Both the position numbers and the translations under genes were made by a program. A model generated the notes under the pieces. The model had not been told where the DNA came from. It did not search any database and saw only the letters and a list, made by a program, of their open reading frames with translations. From Octopus sinensis (lineage: Eukaryota), in contig NC_043003.1 of the NCBI RefSeq assembly GCF_006345805.1, positions 37,324,001-37,388,000 on the forward strand: a stretch of DNA of 64,000 nt, in the 5' to 3' direction. Positions 26,735-40,211 of this stretch are shown in pieces (position 1 is the first letter of the stretch; every line of letters starts with the position of its first letter).

Positions 26735-27116
26735 AAATATATGCATACTTGCATACATACATACATACATACATACATACATACATACATACATACATAC
26801 ATGCATGCCTGCATACATACATACATACATACATACATACATACATGCATGCCTGCATGCATACATACATACATACATACATACATACATACATACTTGC
26901 ATACATGCATACATACATGCATACATACATACATACATACATACATACATACATACATACATACATACATACATACATACATACATACATACATACATAC
27001 ATACATACATACATACATACATACATACATAAACCTAGGCATTGCAATCTTAATTCGCCTAAGCGAGATATTTAATCACCGAAAATGCAGACTTCCCAGG
27101 TTACCGCTGAGAGATA
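26497..27116 (-). mobile_element. Helentron/DINE-1-like non-autonomous element (tentative)
   Basis: 12-bp inverted repeats ctctcagcggta (26515-26526) / taccgctgagag (27102-27113), internal (GTAT)n, imperfect hairpin then TTTT at the 3' end of the minus strand. Confidence 0.4.
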
Positions 27117-27134
27117 CAGTCAGACAGACACATA

Positions 27135-27247
<113 letters not shown>

Positions 27248-27559
27248 ATCTCACAATGTCAATCAGTGTCTACAGAGATTATTCAAAAGTAGGGCAATAG
27301 AGGAAATAATAAATATTTATTATTAAATAAATATATTAAATATTTATTTGAAAGCCACCATTTTATTTCCCCTTTTATCGTTTTGCTTTTAGTTTGTTTG
27401 GGGTTTTTTTTTTTTTTGTTTCACTGACGTTGTTCTTCATACTGATCTTGTTTTTTGTTGTTATTCTTGTTATAGTTGTTGTTTCTGTTATTGCTATTAA
27501 GAATATTGTTGTTTATATAATATTTACGAATATTTTTATTTGAATCGTTCGAGCGTTGT

Positions 27560-28190
27560 TTTGGCAGAACAGTGAGAGCATTGGAAAATATTACAAATAC
27601 TTTGTAATATTTGTTCTGGATGTTTATATTCTGCGTTCAGATGCCACCGAGATCAGATTTGCCTTTTGAGGTCGATAAGTTAAAGCCTAGTACAGCGGGA
27701 AGGGGTCGATGGTAACAACAAACACACATCCTTCCAAATTGCTGTCTTTGAGCCTAAATTGGAAACGATTATCATTATTATCATCATCTTCATTAAAGAT
27801 GGCGAGCAAGCAGAATCGTTAGCGTGTCAAACATAATGCTAAGCGGCATTTCGTCCATTTTTAAGTTCTGTGTTCAAATTCCGTTGAAGTCGACTTTGCT
27901 TTCTTCATTTCGGGATCGCTAAAATAAGTACCACTCAAAAAATACTCTCCTCAAAAACTGTTAGCCCTGAGCCAAAATTTAAAACCATTATCATCATCGT
28001 TATCAGTAGTGCATCAGACAAAATGCTGGGTGGCATTTCTTCTGGTTCTTCTACATTCTGAGTTCAAATCCCACGGAAATCAACTTTGCCTTTCGTCTTT
28101 TCGGGGTCGATAAAATAAAGTACTAGTTAAGTACTGTAATCTACTAGGCCCTTCCCCTCAAAATTACTGGACTTGCTCCAAAATTAGAAA
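27560..28190 (+). mobile_element. Cluster of three decayed SINE family A (A2) copies
   Basis: Three occurrences of the B-box and core motifs (gttcaaat...ctttgcc...ggggtcgataaa). Confidence 0.65.
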
Positions 28191-28239
28191 AGAAATAATC
28201 CCCATCATTACCATCAGCATCACATCGTCATCATCATCA

Positions 28240-28685
<446 letters not shown>

Positions 28686-28981
28686 AAGTTTTATTCTTGT
28701 GTAGTGTTTGTGTTCCAGAGGGATTATGAGATGTTTGGGGGAGGAAGGAGCGAGATTAAACTATGAAAAATTGTCAATGTTATTTAATTTTATTATTGAT
28801 GGTATTCATTTAGTTTCTGTGGCTAATGTTGTTGTTGTTATCATTATTGACACTGTTCTTAGCGCTGCTGTGTTTTGTTGATGTTGTCATTGTTGTTGTT
28901 ATTAATGTCGTTATTGTTGTAGACGTTGATGGTGTTGCTCTTACCGTCGCTACTGTCGTTGTCGAAGTTCTTTTTGATGCT

Positions 28982-29196
28982 GCGGCGAGCTGGCAGAATC
29001 GCTAGCATGCCGGACGAAATGCTTAGTGGCATTTCGTCTGCTGCTACGTTCTGTGTTCAAATTCCACCGAGGTTGACTTTGATTTTCTTCCTTTCGGGGT
29101 CGATAAATTAAGTACCAGTGTATCACTGGGCTCGCTGTAATCGGCTACTTTCTTCCCTTAAAATTTCAGGCCTTGTGCCTTCAGTAGAAAGGATTA

Positions 29197-29254
<58 letters not shown>

Positions 29255-29255
29255 T
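28982..29255 (+). mobile_element. SINE family A (A2 tail) with (ATT)n tail
   Basis: Head, core, aaatttcaggccttgtgccttcagtagaaagg, then (ATT)n. Confidence 0.85.
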
Positions 29256-29499
29256 ATTACATTTGCTGTGAAACACATTGGACGTGTTTTCGAACGCTCC
29301 AAGTAAGTCCAGTTCAAAATACTTATTTACACCAGGATTGGTATCCTTTTGCAATAATTATTTTATTCTAAGTTGTGAATAGAAACACCAGGAACCTGTA
29401 CTGGTTTTCCATAGTTGTGCAGCCCCCAGAGGGGCGGTTTTCGGTCCACCAAATAATTTCGGTGGGCGTTAAATATAATTGAATCAAATACAACTCAAC

Positions 29500-30385
29500 A
29501 AGATGGCGGAGCATGTCTTGAAAGAGTTGAGAAAAAAACAAAACAAGCCCTCCTACCAATATGGTAATGGATGAAGACTTCCCTCCCTTCCCCCCTTTAC
29601 GGGTTACAATACAAGGGAAGGAGGAGGAGAAAAACAAGACTGTCATGGTACGAAGTACAACTAACAGTAACAACAATAGTAACAGAAATATTAACAGCAG
29701 TAGAAATGGCAACAGCAGCAACCGCAACAGTGACGGCAGCCGCAGCAGTAGTAGTAATGATAGCAAGAACAACCACGAAAAAGATAGCAACGGCAGCGAC
29801 AGTGGCGATAGCAACAACAACAACGAGAGCAAAAGTAACAACAGCAACAACAACAACAACAACAAAACCAATACCAACAACGCTGATAAGAACAACAACA
29901 ACAACAACAACAACAACAACGGCAGCAGCAACAGTAACAACAACAAAAACAACAACGCGAACAATATCAATAACAATAACAAAAACCCGTTCGCAGCAGC
30001 GAAGAACAACCAACGCTTTACCGTAGACCTCACAACTAGAGAGCAGATGCTACCACAAGCATGGAAACTAATAAAACAAGAGAAGACTTGGGCCAACCTG
30101 ACTATCCCATCAGAGGCAATTGAAGCAGTGAGAGAAGAACGGTGCTTTTCAGATGCAACTCAGCAGACACAAAAAGAGAGCGGCTTTAATAGTCCAAGTA
30201 GCTATTGAGGCGGCGCTGAGGTGCATCAGAAATGACATCGAATACATAGCGAGAGGCAAACAATACGGCACCATTTCGGTGCTGTTTAAGTCAGAAGCCC
30301 TCGCTATGAAACATTCAATAACACCCTGCAAAACCAGCAAATCATCATGTACCCCTCCCACATGGAGAAACCCTACTCCGCATGG
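29500..30385 (+). mobile_element. L1/Tx1-type ORF1-like remnant with an (AAC)-rich segment
   Basis: Non-repetitive translation EAALRCIRNDIEYIARGKQYGTISVLFKSEALAMKHS resembles LINE ORF1 RRM regions; frameshifted; classification is inference. Confidence 0.45.
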
Positions 30386-31224
30386 AATTACATGGTCAGT
30401 TCCATCGTGAAACCAACAAATTAAAAGACCAGGAAGCATCATAGAGGTCACTTAACAAGGGTGACCTAAAAAAGAATACTGAAAGCTTAATCATCGCTGC
30501 CCAGGACCAGGCATTGAAAACCAACTCAGTGAAAAGAATATATACCACAGAAGTGCAACAGACCTCTGTAGAATGTGTGGGAAGAGGGTCACATCGTTAG
30601 TGCTTGTGAAAGTCTTGCGCAGAAAGAGTACAATAGTAGACACAAGGTAGCCCAAAACCTCCACTGGCTACTGTGCCGTAAGTATGGATATGAGGTTACG
30701 GGTGCTTGGTACCAAAATACACCGGAAAAAGTAAAGGACGAAAAGGTGAAGACAAAAATCCTCTGGGACTTTGGCTTCCAGACAGACAAAGTATTAGAGC
30801 ACCGAAGGCCGGATATAGTAACCTTTAGGAGGGACAAACAACAGTGCCTAATAATTGACGTGGCAGTGTAAGGGGATCAACAGATCATCATAAAGAAAGA
30901 GAAAAGGTTGATAAATATGGAGACCTGAGAATTGAAATCGCTAAGATGTGGCAGGTATGAGAGTCGAACATAAAAGTTATCTCTATTTGTCATGAAAGCA
31001 GTGGGTTCAATACTACCCAATCTGAAAAAAACATCTGAAAACTTTAGAAATACCCTACAATCTAGGTGTATTGCAGAAGTCGGCATTACTTGGAACTGCG
31101 CGCATATTGCGTAAAGTAGTGTCTGTCTGAGGTCCTTGTTGTGATTTGACAAACAGTTCAAACCCCCGGTAGACAAAATATCTTCAATCAACAACCTCAC
31201 GATATTGTGTACTGTGCGATGTCT
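30385..31224 (+). mobile_element. R4/Dong-clade LINE 3' fragment (zinc knuckle + restriction-like endonuclease), (AAT)n tail
   Basis: ELHGQFHRET, KGDLKKNTESLIIAAQDQAL, HIVSACESLAQKEY, KILWDFGFQTDKVLEHRRPDIV, LQKSALLGTARILRKV. Confidence 0.9.
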
Positions 31225-31255
31225 ATAATAATAATAATGATAATAATAATAATAA

Positions 31256-31286
<31 letters not shown>

Positions 31287-31991
31287 AAGAGAAGAAGAAG
31301 AAGAAGAAAAAGAAGGATGATGATGATGATGATGAGGAGGAGGAGGAGGAGGAGGAGGATGGCAATGCTATCAAGACACCAACGTCCAAATGATTTTAGT
31401 GAAATTTTCAAGGCAAAATAAAAAAAAGCAAGAAAAAATTGAGAAAAGAACATAAATATGATAAAATAACAACAGTAACATCGAAAACAACTATTAGGAT
31501 AACGTAGAGTGGTCAGGGGAACTTACACATGTCCCCTGATTAAGCTTTCATGAGCTCGTATAGTTTCAATCGATTATAGCTCCACAAATTCTCATATAGT
31601 CATATGATGAACTAAGAAATAATTTATCAAATAATAGTATTTCTCTATAATATCCATTTTATTATAAACTTCTCATGAGATATTATAGATTCAATCTAAT
31701 ATGGTTCCTTAATTTATAGTATGACTGTGATAATGAAGTGCATAATTTATTTATTAAATAATATTTTTCTACAGTATTCGTTTTACTCTTCATATGATAG
31801 TACAGATCAATCGAATGTAGCTTCGTAAATTGGAGTATAATTTTGTCAACGTAATCAATAATTAATTTACTGAAAAAATATTTTACTACGATATCCATAC
31901 TATTAATATTATCACAATACAATGATAATTTATCAACATATTTCAGTTTGTTTCTTTTCGTTTATTTCTTTAGTTTTCTTTCTATCAAATT

Positions 31992-32190
31992 AAGGCGGTG
32001 GTCTGACAGAATCGTTATAGCACGCCAGGCAAAATGTTTACAGACATTACGTTCAAATTCCGCCTAGGTCGACTTTGCCTTTCATCCTTCTGGAATCGAT
32101 AAAACAAATGCCAATTGAGCGCTGGCGTCGGTGTAATTGATTTACCCCTCCTCCGAAATTGCTGGCCTTGTGCCAAAATTTGAAACCAAT
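31992..32190 (+). mobile_element. SINE family A (A2 tail)
   Basis: Head, core and aaattgctggccttgtgccaaaatttgaaacc tail. Confidence 0.75.
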
Positions 32191-32879
32191 AAATTAATAG
32201 CAAATGTGCTATTTTTTATTTTGTGTGACTTTGGTCCTTCGTTCTTTGTACTATTAATCTTATATTTCGAGAAGGAAACATTTTTTTCAGCAGCACATAG
32301 AACACGATCCACAGTCTCAAATTCCACATCTCAGCGCATGTTGTCTTTTGACCATCACACACACAGAACCAGTGTGCCAAAATAATGAACATATTTCTCT
32401 CTTGTACTCTTAACATTTTTTAAAAAGGTTATATTACCCGAAAGTTCAAATCAAAAATTTCTTAGGTAACATTTCAATGTTTTCGGTAATGTTATAACTG
32501 AGATTAAACAAAGCGTTATAGAAATTAATGGAATTGCCAATTCCATTAACTTCTATAACACTATTAGGTTTTTAACATTTCAGGCGGGAGAGGTATTTTT
32601 TTTTTTTTTTTTTTTTTTCAACATTACGTTTCGATCGATCTGATTTCTGTTCATCATTAAGTTAATCCCAGAAAGGATTCGAACTAAGAACTATTATTTC
32701 AAAACAAATTTCATTTTTATCTACAGGCCAACGATGCTTGTACAAAAAATTAGGTTAATTCTTCGATTAATTATGATCTTACTTAAAAAATAATTAATCC
32801 CACACATTTCGACAATTAGTCCGTCCACTGGTTCTACGAAAGAGATAAGAACATAGATTTATGAGTGTTTTAGTTGCTG

Positions 32880-33458
32880 CTGCTGCTTAGATTTTGGTTG
32901 TTGTTGTTGTTATTGTTGTTGTCATGTTAGTCGATTTGAGATGATGGTTGTTGTGAGCGGTGGTGTTGGTAGTAGTGGCAGTGCTGATGCTGGTGGTCCT
33001 GGTGATGCGGTGTAGGAGAAGAAATGGTGTTGAATGTAATGATTGATGTAATAGTGTTGGTGGTCGAGATTATAAGTAATGGTGGAGGTGGGGCATGAGG
33101 AATTGAGGAGGAAGAAACATGATTCATGTGAGTGGTAATGACGATGATGATGATAGTGATGGTGAGGGTGAGGGTGAGGGTTACGGTGATGGTGTAGTAA
33201 TAATAAAGGTGGTGGCGGCGATAAATTGCGATGGAGGTGACGGTGCTGGTGCTGGTGCTGGTGCTGGTGGCGACGGTGGTGATGGTATATAGTGGTAGTG
33301 GTGGTGGTGGTGGTGGTGGTGGTGGAGGTGGAAGTGATGGTGGTGGTGGTGGTGGTGGTGGTGGTGGTGGTGGTGGTGGTGGTGATGATGAATTGTGTAG
33401 GCAGTAATGTTGGCGGGGACGGGGTTGTGATAGTGTTGGTAATAGTAATGGTGGTGAC

Positions 33459-33495
<37 letters not shown>

Positions 33496-33603
33496 GTGGT
33501 GGTGTGGTGGTGGTGGTGGTGGTGGTAGTGATGGTAACATAGGCAGTAGTGCAAGGTGTTGGTTGTTGGTAGTAATTCTCGTAGTAATTAACGTTGGTGA
33601 CGA

Positions 33604-33660
<57 letters not shown>

Positions 33661-33700
33661 CAGATGTTGCGGTGGTGGTGGTGGTACAAAGTGATAACAC
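32880..33700. repeat. (GGT)n/(GAT)n/(AGT)n low-complexity field
   Basis: Directly visible. Confidence 0.9.
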
Positions 33701-33934
33701 TCAGTAAGAAGGTAGTACCTACACCATAATTGTGAATGACAACAAACTAACAAGCTAATATCGTGTCACCGTTGTCATTTCCGTTTGTATCACCATTGAC
33801 ATTAATGATGTTGTTCTCCTAATTATTTGTCTTACTTCTGAGAATGATGGTGGTGGTGGTGGTGCCTTTCGGTTGTGGCGGCGGCGGCAGCGGCAGTGTT
33901 GAAATGGTTGGTTGTTTTTTTTTGTAGTTGTTTA

Positions 33935-34201
33935 GTCCCAGGTCAACCCCGATCGATTAGACATATGGGGAAAGATATTCCAGCCGTGACCATCTTGTCA
34001 ATTTAGTAATAGATACCATCGAATTTTCTCGGGCTTTTTGTTTGGGTTTTTTTTTTATTTGTTCTTGCGATAACGGTAGGGTGAGATTTGAGGAATATTT
34101 GGATGTTATTTCTAGCAGGTTGAACGACTACGTAAAGGTTTCCGTAGTAGTAGTAGTAGTTGTTGTTGTTGTTGTTGTTGTTGTTGTCGTCGTCGTCGTC
34201 G

Positions 34202-34269
<68 letters not shown>

Positions 34270-34830
34270 GATGATGATGGTGATGATGATGATGATGATG
34301 ATGATGATAATGATGATGTTGGTGTTGTTGTTGATTAGCCCCATGTGAATCCGTAGCCATCTTGTCATTTTCGATGTAGATGCCAACTATTTTGCCTTTT
34401 TTTATTCCACACGAAACGGTAATGTGTAATCTGAGGGATATTTGGCTGATATTTCTAGCACTTTGAACGACCACCTAGAAGCTCATGTTATTGTTGCTGT
34501 TGTTCTTGTTCTTGTTTAGCCCCAAGTCTTCATTGATCGAAGAGGCTTATGATTAAAAGAAGCTCTATTCTGGATCATCCCGTCATGTCTTCAAATATTG
34601 CGTATCTTGGAGCGCATTATCTAACGTATCCTTTAAAAGTAGACTGCTGTATATGCGTTTATGCTTTGAGGGAGATTCAGCTCTTATTTTCATAAGATCG
34701 ACCAACCCTCATTACATCTTGCGTTGAATGGTTGTTATTGTTGCTATTCTTTAGCTCTAGATCAAACCTGATCAAATAAACCTACGATCAAGGACATCTT
34801 AACCGTGACCATCATGTCAATTTCCCATGT
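33935..34830 (-). repeat. Cluster of old interspersed repeat fragments (family G; also 1760-1920 and ~22340-22400)
   Basis: Recurrent gagggatatttggctgatatttctagca and tttagcccc...gatc...atgatcaaag motifs. Confidence 0.45.
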
Positions 34831-34845
34831 GCAGTGAACTCAGGA

Positions 34846-35213
34846 CAATAGTAATGCATGTTTGCATGTAAACGCGCCATACTATGTATAAATATGTTCA
34901 GTAAAAACTGTGTCTTTGAGTTCACTGAGCAGTGGCAAAAGGACTTACGAGACACCATCATATATATATATTAAAAATATATATATATATACATATATAC
35001 ATATATATATGTATATATATAGTCCGTTTCCTTGTTTTGTTTTTATGTTTTCGTTTCTCGTTGTGTTCTACGTTTATTTGTGGTGTCCTGTACCCATATA
35101 TGCATGTATATATACATATAGATGTAGGTATGTACATATATGTATGTATGTATGTATGCATATGTTTTATTTATTTATTAAATTGTTGTACACACACAGA
35201 GACACACACACAC

Positions 35214-35276
<63 letters not shown>

Positions 35277-35471
35277 GTGTGTGTGTGTGTCTCTGTGTGT
35301 GTAACAACAATTTAATAAATAAATAAAACATATGCATACATACATACATACATATATGTACATACCTACATCTATATGTATATATACATGCATATATGGG
35401 TACAGGACACCACAAATAAACGTAGAAACCAACGAGAAACGAAAACATAAAAACAAAACAAGGAAACGGAC

Positions 35472-35502
<31 letters not shown>

Positions 35503-35645
35503 ATATATATATATTTTTAATATATATATATGATGGTGTCTCGTAAGTCCTTTTGCCACTGCTCAGTGAACTCAAAGACACAGTTTTTACTGAACATATT
35601 TATACATAGTATGGCGCGTTTACATGCAAACATGCATTACTATTG
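34846..35645. repeat. ~800-bp near-perfect inverted repeat centred on (AT)n
   Basis: Arms are reverse complements from caatagtaatgcatg to catgcattactattg, with only a few small differences. Confidence 0.92.
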
Positions 35646-35648
35646 CAT

Positions 35649-35701
<53 letters not shown>

Positions 35702-35739
35702 TATATATATTATATATTATATATATTATATATTATCTA

Positions 35740-35990
35740 CATTTACAGATCCATTATTTAGGCAGAATTCTGCCAAAATAATGCATCTATAAAATCCAAT
35801 ATCCTTGCATATCTCACATCTATTTTCATTCCTCCACTTCACTCTCTATTTTGTATCTTATCTAAATTAACTATTGCTTAACCATTTTCTCACACCGTAT
35901 CCGATGAAGGGATATAATAAATATCCTGGAAACAGTTGTAAGACCTATTTATAAATGTTCCAAAATCTTCGCACCCTTGAGTTTTTTTTA
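35740..35990 (+). mobile_element. Penelope-like 3' fragment with a decayed hammerhead motif (35897-35944)
   Basis: ccgatga-ag-ggatat/aataa/atatcc-tg-gaaa-cagttg-ta-agac; follows (TA)n. Confidence 0.45.
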
Positions 35991-36781
35991 TCTCATTCTG
36001 AAAAAAAAAATTTATATATACACACGCTGATATATGACCTACGTTGGACTCCTTATTCGCATAATCACCGAACCTGGAGCTTAACTATGATCTATCCATA
36101 GCACTTACTCAGCATTACCTGACACCATTACCTCTCATAACCTCTCTCTATATATATATACATACATACATTTGTGTGTGTGTGTGTGCGCGTGTGTGTG
36201 TGTGTATGTGTGTGTGTGTGGTGGTACTGTTCCTGCTGCTGGCGCTGCAAAGTGATAACACTCAGTAAGAAACAGCAAGAACACGAATATTGGAAATGAC
36301 AACAAACTAACAAGCAATTTTCATGCCACTAATAAAGCAGTGCTTCTCCGAGTGGATGATACCACCCCCTCGGGATGTTAGAAAATGTATTAAGGGTATT
36401 GAGTCAAAAGATACGGCAGGAGCGCGATGGACGCATCTGTACAGTTTTTTAAGTCTTGCTCTCTAATTTAATTTTTTTTTTTTATTTTAAAATAGACACA
36501 ACCACAACAACAATAACAATCACAATGATATCAACAATAATAACAGACTTCGAAATGAGAATATGTAAATAAACAAAACCGAATGTATACCACCTATACT
36601 TATAGTATTCGCTTACAATAGGGTGTGGCTTTGATAAGTAATCTACCACATTAGTCTAATAATACCCGGAACTAAATTACTTTGGTCTGATATCACATTT
36701 ATGTACAGTAAAAATGGTGGTGGGTGAAGTGAACTGTAATAAGAGGGTATGGAATAAGTATTCGTTAAAGAAAAGGGGTGA

Positions 36782-37198
36782 TACTCTCTTTTCTCTTTTA
36801 CTTGTTTCAGTCATTTGACTGTGGCCATGCTGGAGCACCGCCTTTAGTCGAGCAAATCGACCCCAGGACTTATTCTTTGTAAGCCCAGTACTTATTCTAT
36901 TGGTCTCTTTTTGCCGAACCGCTAAGTTACGGGGACGTAAACATACCAGCATCGGTTGTCAAGCAATATTGGGGTGACAAACACAGACGCACAAACATAT
37001 ACACACACACACATATATATATATATACATATATACGACGGGCTTCTTTCAGTTTCCGTCTATCAAATCCACTGACAAGGCTTTGGTCGGCCCGAGGCTA
37101 TAGTAGAAGACACTTGCCCAAGGTGCCACGCAATGGGACTGAACCCGGAACCATGTGGTTAGTAAGCAAGCTACTTACCCACAGCCACTCCTACGCCT
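36782..37198 (-). mobile_element. SINE family B, full length
   Basis: Near-identical reverse complement of 4764-5155. Confidence 0.9.
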
Positions 37199-38195
37199 GA
37201 TAGTTTTTTTTAAATGTTTAAGAAATTCAGCAATAGGCTAATGTAGTGTTGTGCTCTGCCATTGGCTGTTGTGACGTTGTGTGTAACGTACCAACAAGCA
37301 ATGGTCTCGTTCACCCTTTATTCATGTACCCAACTCACTTGTTAAGTCACCAATACTTCCCTTGTCATCAATATTGCATCAATCTTCTCCTCTCTCCCCC
37401 ACAGTCACACACTAACCATTATGCCCAACTCTTCCTTCCCAAAACAACAGCCATCTGGAATTCCCAGCATGCTCATGTTTTTTTGTTGTTTTTTTTTTGC
37501 TTCTTTTCTGAGGGCTTACGAAAATTATAAGCACAGTCCTGTCCATCGGGACCCAATCAATAATGAAAATATATACGACAATTACTCTATTTCTTACTTG
37601 ATTTTAACTGAAAAAAGCTCGTGTGCGACTTAAACAAAGGACAAAGCTTAAACTACGACAGGAAAAAAAGATTTGTACCGAGATTTAGCCCTATATTAGG
37701 GGTCTGACTTGTACAAAAGTGCAACCTATACTCAAATATATAGGGTTTATATAAAAGAAAGTAATAAATGCCGTGCTCCAGACTTATCGTGTTTATCGAC
37801 AGCCATTGCACACTTCTCTGGCATTTAGTATGTTATCATATTAGTTGGAAAAGAGGCAGCTTGAGCATATTATGTTTTATCTCATTATCCACTTACCAAG
37901 TCGATTATCCTAGGAACCATAGGTCTCCTGAATTTGTACAAAATTCTACAGAATTAGTACTGAAGGTTGAAAGAAGTCTGGAACAACTACAATCACTAAT
38001 AGCAGTTGGAAGTTCAGTGATTAAACGATCGAGCACGTGACTGGCTGTGAGTGCTCGTCACTGAGGAGACCCAAAATAAGGCTGAGACGCATTTCGCGTT
38101 CCAACTGGTCGCTGCTGGAAAGAGTTTTCATCTCCCTCCGATAGTTATTGTTTTAAACACAGCGCACCTATAATAGATGATATCTCAAGACAAAT

Positions 38196-38579
38196 GGAAG
38201 CACTCCGTCGGTTACGACGATGAGGGTTCCGGTTGATCCGAATCAACGGAACAGCCTGCTCGTGAAATTAACGTGTAAGTGGCTGAGCACTCCACGGACA
38301 CGTGCACCCTTAACGTAGTTCTCGGATATATTCAGCGTGACACAGAGAGTGACAAGGCCGGCCCCTTGAAATACAGGTACAACAGAAACAGGAAGTAAGA
38401 GTGAGAGAAAGTTGTGGTGAAAGAGTACAGCAGGGATCACCACCATCCCCTGCCGGAGCCTCGTGGAGCTTTTAGGTGTTTTCGCTCAATAAACACTCAC
38501 AACGCCCGGTCTGGGTATCGAAACCGCGATCCTATGACCGCGAGTCCGCTGCCCTAACCACTGGGCCATTGCGCCTCCA
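38196..38579 (-). mobile_element. tRNA-derived SINE resembling the octopus OR-type families, with a 12-bp TSD
   Basis: Head ggaggcgcaatggcccagtggttagggcagcggactcgcggtcataggatcgcggtttcgatacccag; ctcaagacaaat at 38184-38195 and 38580-38591; family name from memory. Confidence 0.8.
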
Positions 38580-39163
38580 CTCAAGACAAATACCATTGTA
38601 ACGATCCTATCAACGAGTGTATACGTAAAATATGATATACTGGTGACTACTTTAAATTAATACTCCTTTAATTACCTATAGCGGATCAAAAGAGTATTAA
38701 AATGTTGTAGTGTAACATACTACTGAGGAGTATTCAATATAGCACACTTCAAATTAAATGTTAGTTCCTCTCTTGTTCAAGCAATATATTCCGACATTGA
38801 AATATTTCCATAATCCCCAGGTTGGCTACTTTAAATTAGTTTCATTCCTTCCAGGAGAATCTTCTGATTTTGGTGCCACATAGAACATGAGAACATTGCT
38901 AAACCATTCTTCTTTCTGTTGCTGTCTCTGCTGCTGCTGCTGCTGCTGCTGCTATTGCTGGTTATTGTTGTTGCCGCTACTGCTGGTGTTAATGTTGACC
39001 ATACGAAGATTTTATTGTTGTTGTCGTTTTTATTGCTGCCACGTTTACATTTGATAATGAAATCATAGAGTTTAGATGAAGTTCTGAGGCTTGGCAGCCT
39101 TAAGATGTTATAGTTAACTTATAGCCAGTATCTTGATAAGTGGCGGCAGCGGCGGTGGCGGCC

Positions 39164-39206
<43 letters not shown>

Positions 39207-39207
39207 C

Positions 39208-39262
<55 letters not shown>

Positions 39263-39332
39263 TTGGGGAAGTTTCTCCAAACATTTGTTAGTTTGATTGA
39301 AAGTACTGCCTCGAGGTCGCTAACAACCAATA

Positions 39333-39364
<32 letters not shown>

Positions 39365-39554
39365 GAGTGCAGTATTACATTCTTTCAATATTTCGATATT
39401 TCTCAATATTCACATGGTGCCACTGAGAATTACAATCATCACTAATACATCCAAACATCCAGCATCATGACCAAACTGAGCAGGTCCTTCAGTATGCTAG
39501 AAATATCAACCGGATTCCCTCAAATTACTTCTAACTATTCATAAAGTGGTAAGG

Positions 39555-39672
<118 letters not shown>

Positions 39673-40211
39673 CTTGATCTTGTCAAAGATCAGAAATGAA
39701 AATATCCTACGTACTGGTCTGCTTCTTATGATGGAAATCCCCATGGAGGGAAACCGAAAAACGAAGAATCTAAACGAAACGAAGCTTCTTTCTTGTTTTC
39801 TTCTTCGTTTGCCGGTTTTTCAACCTTCCACCTTTTATATCTACGTTTTTTTTTTCGCGCCTTTCCTCGTTTTTTCTCTCCATACTATCGCCCTATTTTT
39901 AGCTTGTTATGCCATGTGGGTAGTACCTGGAAATTGCTGGTCATAGATATCATACTGAACAACATGCCATACCGGATATTATGTTTTGGAGACTTCTGCA
40001 GCCTAACAAAGCATGAAGAACATTCAACTACGTTGAAGCTATTGGCAGACACACACACGCACACACACATGAAAGTGAAGATTTACCAAAGCTAATGGGG
40101 TCTGAAATACCTGGCGCAGCATTGTAAGACGCATAATGGTTGCAGCCGCTTGAAAAAATAATATTTCGCACTTTCTACGCTTCTGTCTATCTATCTATCT
40201 ATCTGTCTGTC

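Noticed and set aside
38055-38100. ctgaggagacccaaaataaggctgagacgc, reminiscent of schistosome-type hammerheads (similar decayed case at 39725-39760)
   Set aside because: GAAA mutated (or core CUGA mutated) and stems I/III do not pair; at best relics
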